Positions 12,066 through 26,245 of a DNA stretch of 64,000 nucleotides are shown piece by piece. Origin of the DNA: Chiloscyllium plagiosum (Eukaryota); assembly GCF_004010195.1 (NCBI RefSeq), contig NC_057721.1, forward strand, positions 24,635,821 through 24,699,820, given 5' to 3'. Numbering within the stretch: position 1 is the first letter of the stretch; each line of letters begins with the position of its first letter. The notes beneath the pieces were generated by a model. The model was not told the DNA's origin. It ran no database searches and was given only the letters and a program-made list of their open reading frames with translations. The translations under genes were made by a program, and so were the position numbers.

Positions 12066-13934
12066 CTGTAGCAAATGTCCCATTTAAAGGAGACCATTGG
12101 CTCAAAGTAGCTGTCAACTCTATATGGCAAAAACTCTTACCCTACACCACCCACACCTCATCCATGGTATGGTGAGGTACAGTTCTTTAGGTGGGAGCAC
12201 TCAAATAACCATATATGTCTTAGCAATGAAATCTGATCAGCTACATGCGAGGAGTAAGATAAAAGCAATGTCTTATTCCACCCTTCTCCATGTCCACACA
12301 ACTGCTCAACCCTGGAAAAACAACCTGAAGAGGGCACCTTGGCTATTTGGCTTTCCCTTCACCAACCAAGGCAAACTGAAACTCATTAATCAAATGAATT
12401 ACTACATGGTTGTAATTGATGAGCACTGCTCTAGGGGATGTCCCACAGTGAAAATTATCCTAATCAGCTGTCCCTTGATTCGAGGATGTAGACTTCACAG
12501 GTTCTGCCATGGTCTTTATTTGACTGAATAGATTGATTCTCACCCACAGATCTTTGAACGCATGGGCAGGATGTCCAAGGAGGTATTGGGATCTAGAGTG
12601 CTGGATTTGCTTCCTTTTTTCATTATCATTTCAAAGTTGCAACTCAAAGCATGATGAAACTTGATGGACAATGTGCTGCCATTTTGTAGGATCAGAAGCA
12701 TGTTTCAGCCAGTCATTAATGTCAATACTGCAACGGGGGAATACAGACCTATACTATTTAGCAAATTATATGGTTGGCTGCAAAGCTGAGCAGGGCAATT
12801 TTATAAGCTGTAAAAACTATTATAGTCTTTCCTGTTACACTTCATTAGATAAGTAATGAGTTCCAGATAACAGTAGATTAGGGCTGTCACAGTGACCATA
12901 ATGGCCAATGCATCAGTAAATCCAAAAGTATTAGGATACCCACAGCACCACTGCTACTCATTAACATTAATAGCTTTTGAATTATATTTTGAGAGCAATC
13001 ATATGCTGTATTAATTATTTTCATGTTGCATCCTCAAATGAAAATTTTACCAAATTATACCTTTTGTAAATAAGCAGACCTGCTGAGTAGCATATGTCAT
13101 GATCTAAATGTGCTTTGATAAGCTTATTAAATATAACTTTGCCAATGAAGACTTAATTACAATCCAACTTTCATTAAGTTCACTTTGCTAGTGGAGCCAA
13201 GAAGAGGTTTATTCACCATTTGAGGATGTGGAAAAAACTCATTTATAAATCAAATCACTGCAGATCATGGTCAATGACAACAGACAGAACAGTGAGTAAT
13301 AGGAGTATTCACTTTTTTAAAAACCAAAGGAAATTGTGATTCTGGCAATGTAAAAAAAAAAGCAAAATGAAACTCAGCACTTTAGTCTGCATCAGTGATG
13401 AAAACAGATTCATTTTAGACACTTCAGCAAAAACGAAAGAAAGGAACTAAATGAAGAGTCGGTGCTGTTCAACCACACATTGTACAGGAAAAGAAGACAA
13501 ATCACTTGTACAAAACGTCCCTTTTACTTGTTTTTTTTTCTAGTGTTCAGCCAATGGTTCACATTCAAGTGTTCACTTACCTAGTCTTTTCAAAGATACT
13601 GCTTTGACTGTCAAGTATTGCCAACTTTTTCTGTTTCTGTATTTAATTCTATGCCTTCTGGCAAGTGTGGCACTGCAAGACTCTATTATTTAATTTACAC
13701 CCTCCACTCTAGTTAATCAATTCTTTAATATTTTAATATGCTAACATGTTAAGGAATCCAAAATATCTAATTAGTAACAATTCAGACATAATTGGAATAT
13801 TTCAAAGTGCTTCTCACAATGTGGGTTTAATTTTAGCTTTGAAATAACCAACCCTGGGAAGGGGAAGGGAGGAATTTTAAAAGCAAATTGGGTATATGAG
13901 TATAATGGGAATCAGCTTACTTTTATGCTTCGAA

Positions 13935-14151
13935 TGTCAAGAATGAACTTCCTGAGGAAGTGGTGGATGCCGGTACAATTACAATGTTTAAAAGACAATT
14001 GGCTAGATATATGAATAGGAAAGGTTTGAAGAGATAGGGGCCAGGAGCAGACAGGTGGGACTAGTTTAAGTTAGGATTATGTTCGACATGGACTGGTTGG
14101 ACCGAAGGATCTGTTTCCATGCTGTATGGTTCTATGACTCTCTGACTCTAT
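13935..14151 (+). mobile_element. CR1 LINE 3' end fragment
   Basis: gaatgaacttcctgaggaagtggtgg...gtttccatgctgtatggttctatgactct; the tail is shared with the long CR1 copies. Confidence 0.8.
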
Positions 14152-15075
14152 TTGCCATAAGTTAGGAGCTCAACCATTGTTCTCAATGCGAACTGTTCAC
14201 TACAGTTCCTCACTCACTGATATTCACACCCAACCAACTTCAATTTTCTAAGCAACCATGACCTTAAACTTTCAGAATAGCAAAATTAAGTTTATTGGGC
14301 CTCATTGGCTCCACTGTCCATGAAAGCCATTGAACTGAGTGTTGCATACAAACCAACTAATTGTAGCCTCAAATGGCAATCAAAGAATACTGCTTATTAA
14401 GAGGAGCCAACCGCAGAAAACAGATGGGCACTTTGGATGGTTAGCTGTAGGACATTTTCAAAATGTCAATGATTTTGTTGTTAGGATGACTGGAGGAGTA
14501 AGGTTGCAGACTCAATTTTTAGATTAGTGCAATTTTGTTAACACCTGGCTGAAGCTGGTGTAAATGAATACCAATTAATTACTTTTGGAGTGCAGTGAGA
14601 GTTGCACACAATCCAGTGCTTGCTTGATGCAGGGGCAAAAGCTACAAACACAAACATTTCTACTCAGAGTCAAGATTGAATAATTCAACAAATAATCCAG
14701 TCTTTTTTGCAATCAGATAACAATTTTTATTTCATGGCATCTTTAAGTAATAGGTCCTGAAATTCTAAACAGGAGGGTTATCTCATTTGACAGTAAACCA
14801 TATGCGGAGATATTTAGCCAGTGACCATAGTTTGGTCTTAAAGCTAAACTTCATAAATATTTTGGAGCAGGGAGGAGAAGTAAAGGGGGTTAGGAAGGGA
14901 ACTCTAAAGCTTAGAATCCTGGCAGCTGAAGGTACTGCTCACAGTGTTGGCGTGATTCAAATCAGCAAATCTCAAAAGGCCAGAATTGGAAGAGTATGGG
15001 TTTTCCAAGAGGGTTAAGGATCTGAAAGTCGAGGTCATACTGCTTGATTCTATTGTTTAGAAACAATAATAGGAT

Positions 15076-15376
15076 TACAATTTGGAAACAGGCCCTTTGG
15101 CCCAACAAGTCCACACCCACTGTCCAAAACGTAACACACCCAGACCCATTCCCCTACCTTATACTAATGTACCTAACTCTAATTTAGCGTGGGCAATTTA
15201 GTATGGCCAATTCGCCGAACCTGCACATCTTTGGATTGTGGGAAGAAACCAGAGCACCCAGAGGGAACCCACACAGACATGGGGAAAATGTGCAAACTCC
15301 ACACAGTTGCTCAAGACAGGAATCGAACCCGGATCCCTGGTGCTGTGAGGTAGCAGTGCTAACCACTGTGCCACAC
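15076..15376 (-). mobile_element. tRNA-derived V-SINE (HE1-like shark SINE)
   Basis: Minus strand: gtggcacagtggttagcactgct (A box), ggttcgattcc (B box), then the V-domain gtgtggagtttgcacattttccccatgtctgtgtgggtt. Confidence 0.8.
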
Positions 15377-16570
15377 AAGCATGCATAGGGAAATAAGACC
15401 TGTTGAGTGGCAGTTGTAGCAATATGTTATGACCATGTGCAATTGGAAGAATGAGCTGATGGCTGTGTGGTGTCAAGATGCATGCATTGATAACAGATTG
15501 AGTTAGAATATTTCGGTATGATGAGATCAGTCTCAGGTTCAAATTGGCTCAGTATTGAACTGGAAAGTGTGAGATGATGTTCAAGGTCATAGGGGCACAA
15601 CGTGGTTGGAGCGGATTAGGGTCCATTTTACATTCACTGGGGTTTTACTTTCTATTGAATGAAGTCTGTAGAATGGGAATCTAGTCAAAGGTGGAGTCGG
15701 TGTTTAACTCACTGCAACTACTTTCTGCCCATCTACTGAAGTTGTTGTCCATGTAGATTGTCGGTTTAAATAGCGAGTGGTTTTCATGCCCGTATTTTAA
15801 TGATATAGTTTAAATAAGTACATTTTTGTGTTACTGGATTTGTGACGATGTAATGTCTGGAGTAGATTTACCATTACAGGTGCTGTTTGCCCGGAGATGG
15901 TTATAAATGGATTGCATAGTGCTGTCTGCTGTGGATAATTATGAAAATTAGTTGACCATGGACAATTGTGCATAATTGTTTTAATGAGTTATCCTAGCTT
16001 TATGTGGACAACTTATTATCATAAACATGTATAGCTTCAGTTGTTCAGTTGAATATGTGAGAGGAGCAAAAAATGGAATAGGAGTGAAATTTAATTGGTT
16101 CCGGACAATTAAAGGGAAGTGTTAGAATGGCTGGGCAAAAGTTCTTGCAGCCTTGGCAGTGTGTCCAAAGATATTTTAGGCTTGACAGTGTATTATGATA
16201 ATGGTAAAAAAAATTCACTTTCTATCCTGTGATTTTAATATAGTAAATCTTTTATTAACTGGAACCAATGGGATCAGGAGGGTACCAGCTGATCAAATAC
16301 TACAGTTGATCAAGAGATCCACATAATCAGTGTAAAACCACACACTAAGTAATAGAAATATCATGCAGGTGGTATATACCTCACTGTTATACTTTATTTA
16401 CAGTATAAATCACTTAAATAATAATGCGACTTTGTCTAGAACAAAATGTAATGGCAGAGATCATTCTCATTCGTGCCCTCAAATTGAGGAAATTGTGATA
16501 ATACAGTAATCTTCATATTTCAGGTAGATAATTTTTGCTGGTTTGTTGAGAATGCCAGTTCATAAGCTGT

Positions 16571-16813
16571 TGGTTAATTCAAAGTTAAAAATTACACAAC
16601 ACCAGGTTATAGTCCAACAGGTTTATTTGGAAGCATGAGCTTTCGGAGCGCTGCTCCTTCAGGTAACTGTCTGATGAAACTACCTGATGAAGGAGCAGCA
16701 CTCCGAAAGCTTCCAAATAAATCTGTTGGTGTATAACCTGGTGTTGTGTAATTTTTAACTTTGTCTACACCAGTCCAATACAGGCTCCTCCACATGATGG
16801 TTAAATCAAAGTT
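16571..16813. mobile_element. Fold-back mini-PLE (family P2) with 16-bp TSD
   Basis: TSD tggttaattcaaagtt (16571-16586) and tggttaaatcaaagtt (16798-16813), with inverted arms. CTGATGA-A-GGAG-CAGCA-CTCC-GAAAGCT at 16684-16711. Confidence 0.85.
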
Positions 16814-18175
16814 TGCTGTACCTGGATTTGTGTACTAAATGGTTTTAAAAAGGAACATTCACTTAAGATGGCCACCGAGGTCATCTGACGAGGTTAGCCA
16901 TTTGAAGAAACCATCAATTAAAGAAGGGTCAGTTTGAACTGAAATTAAGATGACATCAAAATAGCTGAAAGTGGTCACTCAGGTATATATCTCCTGTTTG
17001 ATTTACACTTTTCTGGACGTTTCATGCAATGAAGATAGGCAGGAGAGTATACAGAGGATCTATATTTCATGCTATGGAGATGAAAGTCAACTTGTACTAG
17101 CAGAACTGAAAAGCTTGCTCTCTTTCTCTGTCTCTCTGCCTCTCCTTGTTTACCCCAGCCTCTTGAGAAGCAGTGCCTAATGTTAAAGCAAATTAGAGAA
17201 ACATTCATTCAGCAAAACTCAAAGTCATCCAATCATTGCCAACTCAAGATTGTTCCCAGTTGTGTCACTGCTGGGATACAAGGCATCAGTTAAACAATTG
17301 GACACCTCAAGGACTCTGAGGCATTTTTTAAAACTATATTTTCTTGATTTTCCTTTTTATACGAGACATTCCTTCCATTTTAAGCTTTACATCTGTGTTT
17401 GTGTGTGATTGATGTTGTTTTTTCTTAGTAATAAATTTATTTTTTCACTCAAAGTTCTGCAACCGTCTCCTTCATTTTTAAGTAGAACTAGGTTTTAATT
17501 AAAGTATGATGTAGCTGCATGCGAAAAAAATTAAGAATATTTGTTGTGGTCACCTCTGGGGAGTGAACAGAGGAGAGCCAATAAAAACTAATTTGCCTCT
17601 ACTATAAAATGCAAATTCCCACATGTTAATTATGCATAGAAAATCTTTATCTTGCCTCTCCCACAGAAAAAAAATGAAACGGTATCCTTAAAAGATAGTT
17701 TCAGTTTCTATCTTGTTTTTTCTTATCATTATTCCAATGTTCTGTTGAGACTAATAATATATTTACATTAAACGCAAAGTGTTTTAATAACAATCATATT
17801 CTACACATTCCATTTTGATCATTACATTTTTAATAATCTTTTATGTTTGCTCTTAACAAAGTGTCCACCATGGCATTGTCATTGTCTGTTGCAGGAATGA
17901 TTTTCAAAAACAAAATAGCTTAAAATTACTGCCATGTGATCTCTCCAAAAATGTGAAGAGTAGTGGTCTGGATAAATGACTCTCACTGCAAAACTATTGG
18001 AAATCATTTTCAAGATTTTTGAGATCCCATACCAAACTCTGTGCCTCTTTCTGCACCATTGAGTATTCCTGCTAACACACATTTAGTTTGCATGAAAAAA
18101 TAAATAACTGGGATAACTGGCCATTGAGTCTCCATTTAACAACAGTTCCTGGCATCAATATCCAGTTGCAAATGA

Positions 18176-18270
18176 CAGTTCTGAAGAAGGATCACCGCAC
18201 CCGATCTGACTTCTCTCCATACATGCTGCCAGACCTGCTCAGCTTTTCTAGCAATTTCTGTTTTTGTTGT
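18176..18270 (+). mobile_element. PLE (P3) terminal fragment
   Basis: gttCTGAAGAAgga...acccga followed by atgctgccagacctgctcagcttttctagcaatttctg. Confidence 0.65.
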
Positions 18271-18545
18271 TGTGAATGGCTACATTTTTTGATATATAAC
18301 TGTAAACTGAAATGAAAGTTGGAATTCTATCACTGAAATGCCAGGCGAGATTTGCATTTGAAAATCTGATGCTGCATTTTTTTAAAAAACTATATGTGAT
18401 ATAATGTTGCTTTTTGAAACCGTGAGAGGTGAATTCAAGAAGCACAGCATCTTTTTCACTGAAGGGAATTCCACCTGACAACCTGACAATTCCACTCTGA
18501 ATGGTTGAGCTATAAGAGTTTTTAAAAACTGCAAAGATAAACCTA

Positions 18546-20538
18546 CAGAGACTACAGAGAGTCATAGAGATGTACAGCATGGAAACAGACCTTTCGGTCC
18601 AATTCGTCCATGCCGACTAGATATCCCAACCCAATCTAGTCCCACCTACCTGCACACAGCCCATCTGCCCCCAAACACTTCTTGTTCATGTACCCATCCA
18701 GATGCCTTTTAAATGTTGCAATTGTACTAGCCTTCACCACTTCCTCTGGCAACTCATTCCAAACACGTACCACCCTCTGTGTGAAAAGGTTGCCCCTTAG
18801 GAATCTTTTATATCTTTCCCCTCAAACCCTAAACCTATGCCCTCTAGTTCTGGAATCCACACCCCAAGGAAGAGACCTTTTCCATTTATCCTGTCCATGC
18901 CCCTCATGATTTTGTAAATCTCTATAAGGTCACCCCTCAGCCTCTGATGCTCCAGTGAAGACAGTCCTAGCCTATTCAACCTCCCCCAATAGCTCAAATC
19001 CTCCAGTCCTGGCAACATCCTTGTAAATCTTTTCCGAACCCTTTCAAGTTTCACAACATCTTTCCGATAGGAAGGAGACCAGAATTGCACGCAATATTCC
19101 AACAGTGACCCAACCAATGTCCTGTACAGCTGCAACATGACCTCCCAACTCCTGTACTCAATACTCTGATCAATAAAGGAAAGCATACCAAACACCTTCT
19201 TCGCTATTCTATCTACCTGCAACTCCACTTTCAAGGAGCTATGAACCTGCACTCCAAAGTCTCTCTGTTCAACAGCACTCCCTAGGACCTTACCATTAAG
19301 TGCATATGTCCTGCTAAGATTTGGTTTCCCAAAATGCAGTACCTTGCATTTATCTAAATTAAGCTCCATCTGCCACTCCTCAGCCTATTGGCCCATCTGA
19401 TCAAGATCCTGTAGTAATCTGAGGTAATCTTCTTTGCTGTCCACTACACCTCCAATTTTGGTGTCATCTGCAAACTTACTAACCGAACCTCTTATGCTCA
19501 CAACCAAATCATTTATATGCATTACGAAAAGTAGTGGACCCAGCACCCATCCTTATGGCACTCCACTGGCGGCCTCCAGTCTGTAACACAACCCTCCACC
19601 ATCATCCTCTCTGTTCTACCTTTGAGCCAGTTCTGTATTCAAATGGCTAGTTCTCCCTATATGCCATGAGATCTAACCTTGCTAACCAGTCTCCCATGGG
19701 CAACCTTGTCGAACGCCTTCCTGAAGTCCATATAGATCACACCTACAGCTCTGCCCTCATCAATCCTCTTTGTTACTTCTTCAAGAAACTCAAATCAAGT
19801 TTGTGAGACATGATTTCCCACGCACAAAGCCATGTTGACTATCCCTAATCAGTCCTGGCCTTTCCAAATACATGTACATCCTGTCCCTCAGGATTCCCTC
19901 CAACAACTTGTTCACTACTGAGGTCAGACTCACTGGTTTATAGTTCCCTGGCTTGTCCTTACCGCCCTTCTTAACCAGTACACCACGTTAGCCAACCTCC
20001 AGTCTTCTGGCACCTCACTGACTATCGATGATACAAATATCTCAGCAAGGGGCCCAACAATCACTTCCCTAGCCTCCCACAGAGTTCTAGGGTACACCTG
20101 ATCGGATCCTGGGGGTTTATGCACCTGTATGCATTTCAAGATATCCAGCACTTTCTCCTCTGTCATACGGACATTTTTCAAGATGTCACCATTTATTTCC
20201 AAACATTCTACATCTTCCATGACCTTTTCTACAGTAAACACTGATGCAAAATGCTCATTTAGTATCTCCCCCATCTCCTTGCAGCTCCACACAAAGGCTG
20301 CCTTGCTGACCTTTGAAGGCCCTATTCTCTCCCCAGTTACCCTTTTGTCCTTAATGTATTTGTAAAAATCCTTTGGATTCTCTTTAACTCTATTTGCCAA
20401 AGCTATCTCATGTCCCCTTTTTGCCCTCCTGATTTCCCTCTTAAGTATACTCATACTGCCTTTATACCCTTTTAAGGATTCACTTGATCTGTCCTGTCTG
20501 TACCTGACATATGCTTCTTTCGTTTCCTTTAGCAAACC
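18546..20538 (-). mobile_element. CR1-clade LINE (HER1-like), 5'-truncated, disrupted ORF2 (RT)
   Basis: Minus ORFs 19930-20589 and 18797-19369 (KCKVLHFG, LYRTLV..LEYCVQFWSP, LERV.KRFTRM, RLRGDLIE) and a ctatgact-type tail near 18550. Confidence 0.93.
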
Positions 20539-21345
20539 AAGGCAGAAAGTATCTGGATATCTCTCTCTCTGTCTCTCCACCTCCTTCACAACATCTCTCT
20601 ATGTTAGAAAAAAGGTTTAAAAGAAACTCTGAAATTAGAAGATCTGATTGACCATCAAATCAGAAAGCAACTGTCACCTTCTTCACAACAGCATGTGGAC
20701 ACGGCTAAGATGAATGGCCTGTGAAAAATATCTTTCCAACTTGTGGGCTGGATTGTTGATTTTCAGAATTTTGTTTACCCTGACTATTCTTTTCCGGCCC
20801 ATCAAATATGTATCAACCCATTTATCTTTTGATTGGCTTAATTTTGATCACTTGGGTGTGTAGTTGGGCTGTGCAGCACAGTTAAGTCATATTAGGTTAG
20901 AAATCATTTATTTTATTTGTTCTTGTTAAAGTATGCTAAACCTGGTGTGAATATCTTTTCTCATGAGTAGTGGTCAGCCATGAAAATTGATAATTGTTAT
21001 GGTTTTATTGGAACTTTACGAATTTATACATTTTGTGATGATTTGTATAACAGTGGGGCACAATTATTAGTACACCTTTCCCAGTTATGCATTGATACAG
21101 TTTAAATGACTTGTCAAGACAAGTTGAGAACAGCTGAAGCCTAAATAGTAGTAGCTCAGTTTTCAAATTGCCAGAGACACTCTGCTATTCCTTTGTCCAT
21201 TCAACTGTTTTCCCTTTATATTGAAACTTGCTCAACGGAATACAAGAGTTCTGAAATTTGGAACAAACTTTGATAAAATCCACCAATGCAAAAATATTGC
21301 AGGATGTTTTGTTTTGTTCATTTTATTTTTGTTTTGGGAAAATCC

Positions 21346-21735
21346 ATGAAATAGAAACATAGATAATGAGTGTAGGAGTAGACCATTCGACCATGCACCA
21401 CCATTCAGTACGATCATGGCTGACCATGCAATCTCAGTATCCCATTCCCACTTTCTATCCATATCCCTTGATCTATTTAGCTGCAAGGGCCATGTCCTGC
21501 TCCGCCTTGAATATATCTATGCAGCTTCCTGTAGGAGAGAATTTCACAATTTCACAACTCTCTGAGTGAAGAAATTCTTCCTTATCTCAGTCCTAAATGG
21601 CTTACCCTTTATTCTTAGATTGTGATTCCTCGTTCTGGATTTCCCCAACATTGGGAACGTTCTTCCCACATATAGCTTGTCCAGTCCCATCAGGGTTTTG
21701 TATGTTTCTGTGAGATTCCCCCCTCATTCTTCTAT
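21346..21735 (-). mobile_element. CR1 LINE 3' fragment (second subfamily)
   Basis: gtaggagtagaccattcg...ctctgagtgaagaaattcttccttatctcagtcctaaatgg; related to 28651-29123. Confidence 0.75.
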
Positions 21736-22588
21736 CCCTTGTTTTGGGTTCTCTGGGAGACATTTGACCTTATCCCATAGTTTGTGACTTACTTTGGCTT
21801 TGGCAAATTCACTTTTAACAAAATTAACTCTCTATATTAATCAAAAAATTTGTTCAAGTGTTTGGCTGAACACAATCTTACCATCAGTAATGGCAACATA
21901 GTTGCAGAATCCTTCAATAACCTATTTGGTTAATTGTTGAAGTCAATGGTACATTTTTACATTCTGGTTGGTGTGATGTTTCACTGATAGTGTTTGTCAA
22001 TTGTTCCATTGTTACAAAAGCTGAAATTTCATTGGCTATATCTATCAATAGACTTGTCCTTTCAACAAGTCAACTTTTGTGACTTGGCAACATTAGCCCA
22101 TTCAGCCTGATCCACCATTCAATCTGATCATGGAAAATTGAATGATTACACCAGTTTTTGAAAAACATGGCAGTCAAGTATCATAGATTGTGTTGGACCA
22201 TTCCCAAAGATAGAGGCAGGGCAATTGTACATTGTTATAATGATGGATGTGACAACCTGATTTTCGGAGAAAGTATGGCAGAAAGGAGGAACAAGTGTGT
22301 CAGGTGATAAGAGTTTCAGAAGATTTCCAAGTTGAACAGAGTGAAGTAAAAGGAGACACAAACACTTCTCAAACAAAACTTCTTTAATTTGTCTCACCAA
22401 TTCTGATATTTAGTGCAGTTAGACACTCTGTTCTCCTATTTAGAAGGGCAACAGCAATATCTTGTAAGACTACTTGAGATGTACAAGGAAATTTATAGAG
22501 ATACATCTGAATGTACTACCTGAGCTAAGCACGACATAGGTAGAGTCAGTACCAATAAGTACCAAGTTCAGCCCAGAAAAGTCAACAA

Positions 22589-23593
22589 TGTTGTGATCCC
22601 AGCTGATAATGCTGGGATCACAAGTCAAATCACAGATAGGAACCCTACTCCACAGATCATAAGCTTATTTGTTTTGGTTTTAACAAAGTGGTCTCTTTCT
22701 GAACAATAAACATAAATGCTGTAGATTGTGCTTTAACCACAAAATAGGCGTTTCTTCAATAAGGAACAAAGAAAATCCAAATTATCTGTGTACAGTGAAA
22801 ACACAAAGATTTTAAACATGCAGTCAAAATATAAACCCAGTTATCCCAAAACATGCCTTTATAAATTGAAAAGAAATAAAACAGCTTTTGTATTGCATGC
22901 AAACACCCCTGTTGAATTCTCAAACATCACTCATCTACAGTAATCAAAACACCACTCCTATTACTCACACCAGTATTCCTGTGCCGAACACGTCAGTAGG
23001 TTTAATTCAGCTGAGGTTTCAGGTGTTGAACTGGAACAGTGATTGTTTCTTCTTGGAGTTACCACACCATATCTTCACCATACTCAGTGTAAATACATAA
23101 TTCTGGGTTTTCACTCTAACACTTCTGGTTTTGTACTAACATAAACTTTTCACTCCACGGTAATCCAATTGATTAAACCTATCATTTCCATTTCAGGACT
23201 ATTGCTGTACATCACCATCCATTTCTTAGGTGTTCCCAAGACTAATACATTACCCAAAATTAAAATTGAAGCTACATACTTCTCAGTTATAGGAATTTCC
23301 CTTAAGTTAAAAAAAAGAGATCGCAAAATGCTCTTAACAAACCTTTGAGGTTCCATTATTTACCTTAGTGAGTTGCAAGTAATCCAAAAGAAACAAAATT
23401 CCATTAGCCCACAAATCCATTCACTCTACACTCAGACTTCACAAATTATTTTTCAAAGAAGTCACTGTGGTTACAGAAGTACTCACAAGCTGATCATTAA
23501 CTTCAGATACACACAAAAACCCACCAGTCACTCACTCAAAAAATAATTAGAACTCACCAAATGTCATTAAAATTACCCACAGTTTGTTCCACA
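22589..23593. mobile_element. Possible solo LTR
   Basis: Starts TGTTGTGATCCC and may end ...gttcCACA, about 1 kb, close to a Gypsy pol remnant. Boundaries are inferred. Confidence 0.3.
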
Positions 23594-24129
23594 ATAGTTG
23601 GAAAAATAATTCAATACATACTAGAAAATCACTTGAATGAACCTACTCAAAGAAGTTGGAGTTCTCCAGTAATGGTGGTTCCTTAACCAGATGAATGAAC
23701 TAGATTCTGCATAGACGACAGAAAAATAACAGCTCACACAAATAAATTCATGCCCAACTCCACAATTAGAAAGAACACTGTATCAATAAGGTTGGCAGTG
23801 CCTCATTTCTTTCAAAGATTGATCGATCATAGAGGTACTAACAAGTGCCATGAATATCAAGGGCTAAAGAGCCATTCACTTCTGTTACAGCAAATAGATT
23901 ATACTAATATGGATTCATGCCATTTGGGTTGAAAAAAATGCCACAGCTATGTTGCAAAGGCTTATGAAATGGAATAATTACATCTAACTATGTAATTATT
24001 TAAATTCTGTAATACATAGTAACAGATAAGAAGAACATATAAAGCAATTAGAAGACCAGTTTATGTGAATTTGCAAAAGCAAGAATATCTTCCGTAGGAT
24101 ATATTGTAGATTAAGATCGGTGAAATTGA

Positions 24130-24595
24130 AAGTTTCAGTAAAAGTCCTCATTCCTAAAACTAAATTAGAAATAATGGGATTTTTTTAGGAATGTGAGAGT
24201 TTTACTGGAAGTTTTTGTGCAATTTCAGCATGTTAGTTATAGTTTAACAAGGTTGTTAAGCAAGCAAAATTGACATGGTCACCAGGATGCCAAGCAGCCT
24301 TTGAGAATTTGAAAGCAATCGTAATAAATGAACCAATGTTGTTCCCCCTCCCCAGGACTTTTTAAGACCTTTCAAAATGGTGATTGGTACCAGTGACTTG
24401 GGAGTAGGTGTAGTCTTATTACAAGATGACAAGTCAGAAATAGTGAAGCCAATGTGGGGTACATTTTGAAGAATATAAACCAGAGGAGGTACTCTACTAT
24501 AGAAAGAGATGGGATTATTATTGACCCTTCAATGTTTCAAGTCCATGTCTGACATGATAGCAAAGAAATATTAATTTACACTGACCATAATCACT
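24130..24595 (+). mobile_element. Gypsy/Ty3 LTR retrotransposon pol fossil (RT connection and RNase H)
   Basis: Frameshifted translation: WSPGCQAAFENLKAIVINEPML...PFKMVIGTSDLGVGVVLLQDD...QRRYSTIER...IYTDHN. Not captured by the ORF track. Confidence 0.8.
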
Positions 24596-26245
24596 GGCAT
24601 TCAAGATTTGGAGAAGCAATAAGGATACCTCATTCAATCCTATGGACGGGTGTTATTAAGCATTGTTTCCCCACCGTTTTTTCCCTACCTATAACATTGA
24701 TGTTTGTTTCTTGTCTGTGTGTATCTGATCTGTATGTATGGGGTTTAAGAGTGATAGAGCTTCAGCTTTCATTAGAGTTATACATTGATAATTCACATTT
24801 TACTTCCCTGTAGTTAGAACTGATATCTTTACAATGAATAGCATTTCTGATTAAGTACAGAAACCTGCTCAGTGTTTTCTGTTAACCCAAGTCCATTAGA
24901 CAGTAGATTGGAAGCTTTGAGCAATTTGACTTAATCCCAAGAATAGTGGAGCTTAGGTGAACTTTCCCAAATGGGTTGGAAAACTATATTTTAATTCCAT
25001 CGTCTGTTTCTTTAGGCACTAAATGCAGATTCTTATTTAAAGGAAATCATTGATAGAAATCATCTTCTAAGTTATGACCTTTTCTTGCTACCTCTACCCT
25101 AAGCCATTGTTTAATCAAGTCATTTTGCATAATTTCCTTATCTCTTACGTGTTCAAGTTCTTTAAAAAAAATTAGTTTCCATTGTTTCTTTGCATGATCT
25201 TTCATCTCTCTTTTCATTTCTCTTTGTTTCTTTTTTCTCTTTTTTATTTCCAATGCTCTTTTTCTTTTTATTCGCTTGTCTTCCCATTGCTTTTTTCTTT
25301 TTCTTTCAGTTCAAACTTTTTAATTTTCTTTTCCCAATGTCTCGCATCCTCTTGCTTGAGTTATTTCATTTCTCTTTTTTCTATTTCTAAGTCATTTGTT
25401 TTTCCATTGCTAAATGAATCTTTGCTAAGTTTAGTGGTGCCAACTCAATTTCAGGTTTCTCTGTTTTTTCTCTTCTTTACTGGACTTCCCATTCCCCACA
25501 TCTGTTTTGTGCACATAGAACAACTCATTCGCCCCTTTTCTCCAACTGATTCAATTCAGATTTTATTGTCCATTTAGAAATGCATTCAGGGTACACTGCT
25601 CGTTAGTTAAAAAACACATAAATTCCAATTTCATTCAGGTCTATAATGCCTTGAGGATGGAATCATAATGAGTAGATAACACTTGTTCAGGGACCAGTCT
25701 TACCACTTTAAATTTTAATTTTGCCCTAGAAATCTCCAGTGTAGGAATAGATTTCAGATCAAAGTTTTGTTCAGCTGTGTTCATTATACACTTTATAGTT
25801 GAAATCCAATTTAAATTTCCTAAAGATCAATAGTTGTTGTTTCTTCTTTTCACATCCACTTGGCAAGAGTTTTGTTTGCAATAACTAACTCAGAAGTTGT
25901 GTATTTATCGACTAAATATTGATAGCTCACACACAAGCATTAAATGATCCACTTTCCTGTTTTGCTTGCTTTCTCGATGCAAAACGTTTCTTAAAATGTA
26001 ATCACAAAAGTTAAAATTTAAGTTCTGCCCTCGTTCTAGGTGCAAAGGGTGAGGAAGGTCTGTTTTTAAAAAGGTGTTAGTTATGTTAGATTGTGGATTT
26101 AAAAATGAGAAAATATGCTGCTTTAAACCAAAGGACTTTGGAAGGTGTTACAGTTAGTTTTTGTCAATGTAATACCCATCTCATTATGTGTTATATCTAC
26201 AAGATGGCTTTATTTATGTGGAGGGGAGAATGTTAAACACCTCAG

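Noticed and set aside
15300-15376. tRNA gene
   Set aside because: The A and B boxes belong to a SINE head that continues into a V-domain; no complete cloverleaf.
25047-25577. Phe/Ser-rich and Lys/Glu-rich ORFs
   Set aside because: Low-complexity pyrimidine tract. It may be a decayed gag coiled coil on the minus strand, but I cannot support that.
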